Source: Candidatus Saccharimonadota bacterium
Lineage (GTDB): Bacteria; Patescibacteriota; Gracilibacteria; BD1-5; UBA6164
DNA: 32,000 bases
Direction: 5' to 3'
NCBI GenBank assembly: GCA_965229705.1
Contig: OZ245922.1
Coordinates: 870,001 to 902,000, forward strand
The notes below the pieces were generated by a model. The model ran no database searches and was not told where the DNA came from. It saw only the letters and a program-made list of their open reading frames with translations. Position 1 is the stretch's first letter. The number at the start of each line of letters is the position of its first letter. Positions 9,301-17,346 of the stretch are shown here, piece after piece. A program made the translations under genes and the position numbers.

Positions 9301-10488
9301 TTAGTTTCCAAGAAGTCTGTTGATACTGGTCTCAAAAGTAGCAACTTGCGCAGCTCATCGTACTTGCGTATACTCTCCAGTCTCAAGGTTGATGATGATG
9401 TTACTTGGAGTAGAGTTAACACCAAAGTTTTGCGTTCCAAAATCCATATGATCTTGAACTCGTTTCTTATATTGTCCTTCTTCAATACAGTCTTCTATAT
9501 CACTTCGAGAGAGTCATGCCTCCTCTGCTGCAGAGATAAAACTCTCTACCGTTTCATTTCCGGCATAGTTTTTCTCAACCATATCATAGAAAACATCACT
9601 ACCTGCAAGACTTCCGATACATTCGAGTGCTTCAGCCTTTCCTCGAGCAAGAGGGTGAATGCTATCAAGCGGAAAGTGTAGGAGGGACTTTGCCATTGTA
9701 TCTCCAAAAGTTTCACGAAGTTTTGTATCTGTTTTTTGTGTATAGAGTGCTCGACAAGCTGGACAATCGAGATCAGAAAACTCTAGCCAGAGTATTTTTG
9801 CATCTGCAGATCATTTTCTATATCAGAGTTCACGACTCTTTTCTACAATATCTTTTTCGAGTATCAAAAATCCGTTTTCACTTCTATTGGCAAAAGGGTC
9901 AAAGTCAGCTCCAATGGAGAGAGAGTATTCACCACTGGGAAGCGCTGAAAGATACGGACTGATTTGCCCACTATCATACAAGATATTGCTACTAAAGATA
10001 ATCGCAGGAAGAGCGTTAATATTATTTTCTTTGAGGTAGGATTCTACGCCGCTATCACGAAAGTCTTGGAAGAAAAATTCAGCCTGGCTAAGAAAAGGAA
10101 GATTCTGAAGTTGCGAGCTAATACCTTCCGTCGCACAGTCTAAACATCGCTCATCATCTATGACGGTGATAACGATTTTTTCAGCCGATGGAGGAGTTGG
10201 AGTATTTACAGTATTATATTCTGCACCTTCGGGGTTTCAGAGTATTTGTCATACATAAAAAGCGAGACAAGTAATAATCATAAGCAGTATGATAATCACC
10301 CCGTACAGTAGATGTATCATGTAGCTATTGTGATGAATGATTTTAGCGTTTTTCTCAATATTTGCGGTATTTTTTGCTATTTGAGATTGCGCTGTAGACT
10401 TGCTGTTGGTACTACTTTTTTGTCTGGGAGTAGTTGTTTTTTTCGCAGCTGTTTTTGCTGTGGTAGTGACTGTTTTTTTTGGAGGCAT
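9301..10488 (-). CDS. Membrane-anchored DsbA-family thiol:disulfide oxidoreductase (two thioredoxin-like modules).
   Basis: Lys/Thr-rich N-tail, TM helix LLYGVIIILLMIITCLAFYV, CLDC, then WLEFSDLDCPACRAL (CxxC). Track ORFs 10249..10488 and 9514..9696 are in the same frame. TAA at 9301. Confidence 0.8.
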
Positions 10489-10676
10489 AAAAAAATGTAT
10501 ATAAAAAATAAATTACCAAGAGATTGTATAGCTTTTTAGCGAAATAAAAATAGAAGAAAAAAAGATACATTAAAAAAATGCAGTTTTCTTGTAAAATATA
10601 GTTTTAAAAAAATATTTGGTTATACTATAAAAGTGTATAGTGTATAAAACACTTTTACTATTTTTGTTAAAAATGT

Positions 10677-11903
10677 ATGGTAGAAATAATAGATAAATCT
10701 AAAAATATAATTAAAAGAAATATATTTTCTCGACCTCATTATCTTCAAAAAATGAGCAGTATAGTGAGTGATAAAAATATACTTGTTATTTCATGACAAA
10801 GAAGGGTTTGAAAAAGTTATATTATTCTCGATTATCTCAAATCAAATAACATAGATTTAGAAGAAGTTTTTTATATCAATAAAGAACTGGATTCAAATGA
10901 TGAATTACAAACAAACATAGATTTAGAAGATCTGTTTACAGCTTTTGAAAAAGATAATAAAATAAGATATATTATTATTGATGAAATTCAGGATATAGAG
11001 TGATGGGAGAATTTTATACGAGCCAAATGCAGTGAAAAAAAATATAATATCATTATTACCTGAAGTAACTCAAAACTTTTATCGAGTGAATTATCTAGTT
11101 ATCTTACATGAAGGTATATAAATCTTGATGTTTACCCCCTTACTTATTTTGAAGTATTAGATGTCAAAAAATTAGAAAATTCGAAAGAAACTTTTTTACA
11201 TTATCTAGAGTTTGGATGACTCCCAGAAATAATTTTAGAAACAAATGAAGATTTAAAAAGAAACTATATTAAAAATCTAAAAGATTCTATTGTACTCAGA
11301 GATATTGTAAATAGATATAAAATAAAAGATTATAGTTTTTTTGAGAAAATCCTATGATTTGTTTCACAAAATATTTGAAATATAACATCTCTCAGAAAAG
11401 TAGAAGATTATCTCAAAAAAGATAAAATAAAGGTAAGTCTATCAACTATATCGAATTATATAAAATATCTTGAAAATACCTATCTGATTAACAATTGTGA
11501 AAAATATGACTTAGCATGAAAAAAAATTTTAGAATATAACTCAAAATATTATTTTAATGATCTATGAATACGAAATAGCATTTACTATAATTTCAACTTT
11601 GATATTTGAAAGCTTCTAGAAAACTATGTTTTTAATATTTTACTCAGTAGAGGATATAAAATCTATATATGAGATAAAAAATGACGAGAAATAGATTTCA
11701 TAGCTCAAAAATGAAATGAAAAAAAATATTTTCAAGTGAGTTACCTTATTTCAAGTGAAGAGGTGTATGAGAGAGAATTTTGAAATTTACAACTCATAAA
11801 AGATAATTTTGAGAAAATAGTTCTCAGTATGGATGATGTAAAATTCAAGGATGAATCATGAATCAAACATTATAAAATCTGGGAATTAGAAGGTATTATT
11901 TAA
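10677..11903 (+). CDS. AAA+ ATPase of the AAA_14/DUF4143 type.
   Basis: Invisible in the standard-code track because it has about 17 in-frame TGA codons. Walker A (G)QRRV(G)KS, with TGA at 10794 and 10809. Walker B YIIIDEIQDIE. Later ..EFGGLPEI.., ..GREIDFIAQK... 408 aa; TAA at 11901. Confidence 0.8.
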
Positions 11904-11989
11904 AAATTTTCTGCACGAATGAAAAAATATATCTCTCAGGAGAAAGTGAAGCTTAGGATTTTTAGCAAATAAAATATTGTATACACTTT

Positions 11990-12502
11990 ATGAAAATTAC
12001 AGATATAAAACAGATTTACAAAAATTTATCAGAAAAGCAGCAGTGAGATCTCTTTATAGAGATTTGTAAGTCATTTCCTGAAGTCAAGGAATTTCTTTGA
12101 ATAAAATATGGGGATAAAGAAATCCAAGAAAAACTGTTTAACAACGTGAAACAGAAGATGCAGAAAGAATTTGATTTCAAGTATGTGAATTCAAGATGGC
12201 GATCTTCAGTCGTGAAAAAACAGATATCTGAATATAAGAAAATTACCCAAGATATAAAAGGAGAGATAGATTTATATATTTTATATTTGAATATTCTCAC
12301 TTCTTGTATAAATGAATTTTGAGGCTGGGAAGAAATCATAGATGCTTATTATAATAATTTTTGATATACTGCGAGACTTATTCATAAATCAGGACTCCAA
12401 AAAAAATACAAAGAAGAACTCGAAAATATTGCTGAAAAAAGTCAGTATTATTGATATGGAGCAGATGCTGTATATGACTTCCTTCATGAATTTATCTACT
12501 AA
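11990..12502 (+). CDS. Hypothetical protein (170 aa).
   Basis: MKITDIKQIYKNLSEKQQ(G)DLFIEICKSFPEVKEFL... Open with TGA=Gly; TAA at 12500. No family recognised. Confidence 0.5.
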
Positions 12503-12507
12503 TCTAA

Positions 12508-12750
12508 ATGATTATGAAAAAATATATATTTCTCGCATGTTACGCAGAAGATGTAGAGCATAATTTTATAGACCTTGAGAGAGCATCATCAACGGGTATT
12601 GCTATTGTAGAGTGAGAAAATCCAGAAGATGCATTTCAACAGCTGCGAAAATTAGAGAGATTTGAGCATTTAGGATATAGTTGAGATAAAGAAAATTATA
12701 TATGCTACGAATTAGTCGATGGAAAAATGACACAATTTACTCTTGGTTAG
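12508..12750 (+). CDS. Hypothetical small protein (80 aa).
   Basis: MIMKKYIFLACYAEDVEHNFIDLERASSTGIAIVEGENPEDAFQQLRKLERFEHLGYS... Starts 6 nt after the previous stop; TAG at 12748. Confidence 0.45.
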
Positions 12751-12789
12751 AACTAAAACAATCCCTATTTCTAGAGATTATTTCATAAA

Positions 12790-12864
12790 AAATTGAGTTT
12801 GGTATCCCCAGCTGGAATCGAACCAACATCTACCCCTTAGGAGGGGGTTATTCTATCCATTGAA
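12790..12864 (-). tRNA. tRNA-Arg (anticodon CCU), CCA encoded.
   Basis: Hand-folded cloverleaf: acceptor GTCCTCA/TGGGGAT, anticodon stem ACCCC/GGGGT, loop CTCCTAA, T-arm GTTGG-TTCGATT-CCAGC. Confidence 0.85.
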
Positions 12865-12892
12865 CTATGAGGACGAAAAAAGACGACAAGTA

Positions 12893-13468
12893 TTATACTC
12901 CAAGAAACCATATAAATCAAATAGCAATAAAGCAGATAACACAAAATATCATCAGTATGATACTCGTGCGTTTTTCATATTTGATCTGTTCCTCCAGCGT
13001 ACTGAGATGTTCTTTGAGTCATGTATTTTCAACGGCAATATGTCACTTAGATTCCTCCAGAAGAAACTGAGATTTTTTAAATTCAACGATGCTTACAGAG
13101 TTTTTTGCTATTTCTTGAGCTCTTCAAAGTTTGAGAGAAAGGTCTTGGATCACGGCATCTTTTTGTTGTATTTCACTTCTCAGATCAAGATATATTTTTT
13201 CGAGAGAGCCATTATGAGATATAGTAGATGTCTCTGATGTTTGAAAAGATTCTTTTTCTTTTGTTTGTGTATAGGAAGGATTTTGAGAAATAATAACCTT
13301 TGCTTTTTTCTCTTTTTGCGGAGAGAGATTATTGACATCATCGGCATGAAGATAGATAATCTTCCCCATTTTTTTACTTCGTATTTTTCATCATTTTGCG
13401 TATCTATCTATGCTACGAGTAGATATTCACAAAAAATCGGCAGCTTCTTGACGAGTGTAAGTATACAT
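12893..13468 (-). CDS. HTH (excisionase/MerR-like HTH_17) protein with a coiled-coil region and a C-terminal TM anchor.
   Basis: MYTYTRQEAADFL(G)ISTRSIDRYAK(GG)KIRSKKMGKIIYLHADDV, in frame with track ORF 13124..13369. C-terminus ..TSIILMIFCVICFIAIGFIWFLGV-TAA(12893). Confidence 0.65.
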
Positions 13469-13576
13469 AAGAATAATTCATAAAATACTGTCTATAATAC
13501 TATAAAAAGAACCATTTACTCGCAAAAGTTTTTGTCTACTTTATGATTGACACTTATTTTTTTCTTTTTAAAAAAC

Positions 13577-13605
13577 TTGACTCAGAATGCTTCTATATAT
13601 AATAC
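13577..13605 (+). promoter_or_regulatory. Stable-RNA promoter for the tRNA-Glu/tRNA-fMet cluster.
   Basis: TTGACT at 13577-82, TATAAT/TAATAC at 13598-13605, then a GC-rich discriminator CCCGAGCTCTCAG that is also present at the tRNA-Asn promoter. Confidence 0.6.
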
Positions 13606-13637
13606 CCGAGCTCTCAGTGAGCTTTGTCCTAGTTTGT

Positions 13638-13712
13638 GCGGCTATCGTCTAGTGGTTAGGACTCATGGTTTTCATCCATGCAACCGGGGTTCGATTCCCC
13701 GTAGCCGTACCA
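13638..13712 (+). tRNA. tRNA-Glu (UUC), CCA encoded.
   Basis: GCGGCTA..TCGTCTAGTGGTTAGGAC.., anticodon stem CATGG/CCATG, loop TTTTCAT, T-arm CGGGG-TTCGATT-CCCCG. Confidence 0.88.
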
Positions 13713-13730
13713 TTTTTTGCTTATATATAC

Positions 13731-13805
13731 CGCGGAGTGGAGAAGTGGTATCTCGCCAGGCTCATAACCTGGAGGTCATAGGTTCGATTCCTATCTCCGC
13801 AACCA
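13731..13805 (+). tRNA. Initiator tRNA-fMet (CAU), CCA encoded.
   Basis: C1xA72 mismatch (CGCGGAG/CTCCGCA), A11:U24, anticodon loop CTCATAA, two G:C pairs at the bottom of the anticodon stem. Confidence 0.85.
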
Positions 13806-13947
13806 ATTTTTTGTTTATCATCTTCGGGTCTCATCCTTTTAGCTTATCGCAAGAAAAAACTCCTTGAACTGCTCGATTTTAAACAAAAATTATAATAAAC
13901 TTTTTTAAAAGGCTGAGATGCTGATTTCAGCACTTCAGCCTTTTTAT

Positions 13948-14024
13948 GTCACTATAGCTCAGTTGGTTAGAGCGCAGGATTCATATCCCTGAGGTCGGTG
14001 GTTCAACTCCACCTAGTGACACCA
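13948..14024 (+). tRNA. Elongator tRNA with CAU anticodon (Met or lysidine-Ile2; not resolvable by eye), CCA encoded.
   Basis: Acceptor GTCACTA/TAGTGAC, D-arm GCTC-AGTTGGTTA-GAGC, anticodon loop TTCATAT (A31xC39 mismatch), T-arm GGTGG-TTCAACT-CCACC. Confidence 0.8.
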
Positions 14025-14541
14025 ATTTTATACAAAAAGCTAGTGGGAGTTGAGTGGAGGCACTGATTTCCAGTCTGCGCGAAGCGCAAAGATGGAAATT
14101 GATTGCGAGGAATACGAGCAATCACCGACGGTCTGAGAGCTACTGCTTGTGAAGCAAGTTGTAGCGAAAGACAACTCCACCTAGTGACACCAATTTTATA
14201 CAAAAAGCTAGTGGGAGTTGAGTGGAGGCACTGATTTCCAGTCTGCGCGAAGCGCAAAGATGGAAATTGATTGCGAGGAATACGAGCAATCACCGACGGT
14301 CTGAGAGCTACTGCTTGTGAAGCAAGTTGTAGCGAAAGACAACTCCACCTAGTGACACCAATTTTATACAAAAAGCTAGTGGGAGTTGAGTGGAGGCACT
14401 GATTTCCAGTCTGCGCGAAGCGCAAAGATGGAAATTGATTGCGAGGAATACGAGCAATCACCGACGGTCTGAGAGCTACTACTTGTGAAGCAAGTTGTAG
14501 CGAAAGACAACTCCATCTAGTGACACCAATTTATACAAAAA
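14004..14541 (+). repeat. Tandem array of 3 full 168-bp units plus a terminal partial copy. Each unit begins with the tRNA(CAU) T-loop-to-CCA segment plus 16 nt of trailer.
   Basis: CAACTCCACCTAGTGACACCAATTTTATACAAAAA recurs at 14004, 14172 and 14340. A slightly divergent copy at 14508 has CCATC instead of CCACC and one T fewer. The three units look identical by eye. Confidence 0.9.
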
Positions 14542-14542
14542 A

Positions 14543-14579
14543 TAGTTCTTAGTTACTACTAACCAAGAACTATTTTTTT
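14543..14579. terminator. Bidirectional rho-independent terminator.
   Basis: AAAAAA-TAGTTCTTAGTT-ACTACT-AACCAAGAACTA-TTTTTTT. Overlaps the stop codon of the minus-strand CDS. Confidence 0.75.
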
Positions 14580-15640
14580 GTCAGTAATGACAGTCTTTGA
14601 TAAGCTGCTTGAAGAGGAGGAAATTGAGAGCACCTTTCCATGCTCAGTCTAATACTCTGTAGGTTGACATTGGTAGCATCCAAATTTCATCCTCTTACTT
14701 CTCTTACAATATCGTTAAGTATCGTTTCTCGAGCAAAATTTCCTTTTGTGTCACCTTCTTCTTTATTTGCTATTATATCAAATAGTCTTATAGCCTCATC
14801 AACATTTAATGGTTGTATAAGTGTATATCTTCCTCAATAAGTTAAGGAGTCTATTATATCTTTTACAGGCTTCTTTATAAACTCTTCAAATGATATTTTT
14901 TGTACATGGTTATGTACTTCTGTTTTTACTTCTTCAGTGGTTTTTTCGACTTTATCTGCGCCATATGTCTCGTATAAAAATATGAGAAAATCATAACGTC
15001 TCTTATACGCGAGCTGCAGTTTATTTCAGTCTTCATGTTTAGTGAAAGGTAGGAGGTGAGCAAAAAAACTGTATCATTGTCAAAAAAGTCATCAATCTAT
15101 TTTACACTCTTCTAAAATAATTTTGGACCAATTATTATTGATATCTTCTTGAGTCAGATTCTTTAACCATTTTGCATATTTTTGTAGATTTTCAGAAAGT
15201 TTTTTCATAGCATCACGTCATCATTTGAATTCATCTTGATAGCTTTTTTGTTGTTTTGCAAGGTTAGTATTTAATAACTGTAGTGCTGTATCTAACTTTC
15301 ATTTGTACCAGGTGATTCAGAGGTCCATTTTTGGTATTCAATACCCCATTTTTGCTGCGAAATCTCCATGTACCTCGATATGATAGTTTATATCAAAAGA
15401 GTGAGAATTGCCTTCTTTAGAGTAAGAACATGTATCAGTGATAAACTCTGGTCATCACGTAGTTCCTTCCCGAATACATGATACTATATATGTTATAATT
15501 TCATCATTTATATCCTCATGAAAGAAACTCCGTATCTCTTCATTAATTTCAAAGTGTAGTATACGTTTCTTTAGTGATGATTTTTGTAGTTTTTTTTCTC
15601 AAGAATTCTCGTGTACTTTGGGTTTTTCCATTTTATACAT
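14570..15640 (-). CDS. Hypothetical protein (356 aa), no recognisable family.
   Basis: Open from ATG 15640 to TAG 14570 with about 20 in-frame TGA codons. Translation MYKMEKPKVHENS(G)EKKLQ...HLLPFTKHED(G)NKLQLAYKRRYDFLIFLYETYGADK...; the frame was spot-checked codon by codon over 14990-15058. Confidence 0.55.
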
Positions 15641-15754
15641 TATTTAATCATAATGTAAATTATTATATCATGCACTAGTAGTTATGTCAAATTTATTGAT
15701 TATTTTAACATCTCTTATACACTCTATTTTTAAGTATTTTTCAAAAGTTAGAAA

Positions 15755-17113
15755 ATGTTCATCGACGAAGTTTCCATTCATGTAATTGCAGGGAAAGGCT
15801 GAAATGGTCTTGTATCTTGGCGTCGAGAAAAATATATTCCCAAATGAGGACCATGGTGATGAGATGGATGAAATGGTGGAAATGTGATACTTCAGGCAGA
15901 TGAAAATATCAATACTCTCAGTGAATACCGACACAAAAAAGTTGTGCGAGCACCAGACGGAGAGTGAGGAATGCCAAATCTTTGTCATGGAGCAAATGGA
16001 GAAGATAGAGTCTTGAAAATCCCCGTATGAACACTCGTTCGGGATGAACAAACCCGAGAAATCCTCAAAGATTTTCAGCAACATGGAGAACAATATTGTA
16101 TTGCTCGAGGCTGACGAGGATGATATGGAAATGCGCACTTCACAAGCTCAACCAGACAAGCCCCTGCCTTTGCGGAGCTTTGAGATATTCCTGAAGAAAA
16201 GCATATATATCTTGAACTCAAGCTCGTGGCTGACGTCGGAATTATTGGTATCCCGAGCGCTGGAAAATCAACACTTATTTCAAAACTTTCAAACGTAAAA
16301 CCCAAGATAGGAGACTACCCTTTTACAACTCTTACACCAAACCTTGGAGTACTGGAACATAAATGAAAATCTCTCGTGCTCGAAGACGTTCCTGGACTCA
16401 TTCCTGGTGCAAGTGAGGGAAAGGGGCTTTGAATAGAGTTTTTGAAGCATATTGAACGCACATGAGTTCTCTTACATCTCATAGATTTATACAGATTAGA
16501 TCAGGTTTTTACTGATTATAGTGATATTCGACATGAGCTTGAACAATTCTCTGAGGATCTTACATGAAAACAAGAAATATTTGTCTTTTCAAAAGCAGAT
16601 TTGTTGGACAGTGAAATGAAAGAGCACATCATCTCTGAATTTCGAAAAAAATACCCAGAAAGGGAGTACTTTGTTATTTCAGCTGCGACAGGAGAATGAA
16701 TTGAAGAACTCAAAGATTATCTCGCATGAAATATCTCTCCGATACAAAATGAAATCTCAGATGAGAAGAGAGAAGATATAAAAGTCTATGATCTTGAACA
16801 CCTCTCAGAAGATCCTAAGAAAGTAAAAATTACATATGAATGAGATATGGTTTTCCGTGCAAAGTGAGCAAGACTAGAACAAATTGTGCGTATGACAGAC
16901 TTTGAGAATAGAGAAGCTATTATGAGAGTATATGATGTGCTTGAGAAAATGTGAGTGATAAGGGAGATAGAGAAGAAGCTCGCAAGTATTCTCGAAGATC
17001 AAGATATAGATAATAGTTTCTTTTTTGAGGGTTCAGAGGAGAATAATATATTACCAAAAATTTGTATTTGAAACAGGGAAATTCCTCTTGAGAAGTTGAA
17101 GTATAATTTGTAG
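15755..17113 (+). CDS. obg: GTPase Obg/CgtA with a C-terminal Obg_CT-like domain.
   Basis: [15 protein letters not shown](G)[13 protein letters not shown](GG)P.(GG)DGGNGGNV; G-domain [26 protein letters not shown]. More than 25 in-frame TGA codons. 452 aa; TAG at 17111. Confidence 0.93.
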
Positions 17114-17184
17114 AGGATTTTTCTATTTGTCAGAGACTTCTAAATTATTGCCTTACATACTAAACAAGATATACTCTATCTTGA

Positions 17185-17280
17185 GGAAATTCTGAGAAAC
17201 TTCTTTTTTCTCTCCTTTTTCAAAGGAGAAATGGCTCGATAGAACCAGAGAGGATTAGAAATTTTCTATTTTTCAGAACC
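17185..17280. repeat. Structured intergenic repeat, copy 2, in the obg-prfA spacer.
   Basis: Aligns with 5729..5826. Its outer helix is TTCTGAGAAA/TTTTTCAGAA, with C>T on one strand matched by G>A on the other relative to copy 1. Confidence 0.6.
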
Positions 17281-17346
17281 TACCTGAAGTACATGAAGCT
17301 ACAATATGTTTCTGAACTTATATAAACTTTTACACTCTTTGTTAGC

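Noticed and set aside
13547-13867. Track ORFs overlapping tRNA genes (13547..13867, 29480..29674, 29529..29780) and ORFs inside the 16S gene (30749.., 31486.., 31616..).
   Set aside because: They overlap well-folded tRNA genes or the rRNA gene, so they are spurious.
13908-13947. A hairpin plus T-run (GGCTGAGATGCT-GATTTC-AGCACTTCAGCC-TTTTT) that ends 1 nt before the tRNA(CAU) 5' end, considered as a special regulatory element.
   Set aside because: It is most simply the terminator of the upstream tRNA-Glu/fMet unit or a leader hairpin. I could not identify a convincing separate promoter, so no stronger claim is justified.
14133-14172. Hammerhead-ribozyme-like strings: CUGAGAG-[hairpin]-CGAAAGAC in the 168-bp unit, and CUGGAUGAG-[hairpin]-GUAAAUCC at 29365-29400.
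   Set aside because: The cores do not fit. The first lacks N7 (CUGA-GA instead of CUGANGA). The second has an extra G and U in place of the essential G12. The flanks pair with each other rather than forming separate stems I and III. A different ribozyme class cannot be excluded by eye.
14003-14461. 152-aa minus-strand ORF in the track with a perfect 56-aa tandem repeat (MIARIPRNQFPSLRFAQTG...).
   Set aside because: It is simply the reverse complement of the 168-bp (56 x 3) DNA repeat. It overlaps the tRNA 3' end, has no plausible start context or protein-like composition, and its GC-rich hairpins fit RNA or DNA structure better than coding.
14004-14541. CRISPR-like reading of the tRNA-linked arrays (short repeat alternating with longer unique sequence).
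   Set aside because: The 'spacers' are identical to each other within each array, the 'repeat' is the tRNA 3' end, and no cas genes are present.
15668-16138. Long track ORFs antisense to real genes: 15668..16138 (in obg), 24587..25069 (in gyrB), 26001..26369 (in the PiT-like gene), 21701..22040 (in the HD gene).
   Set aside because: Each is the opposite strand of a gene with strong motif support. Their compositions are low-complexity (Ser/Phe/Ile-rich), typical of shadow ORFs.
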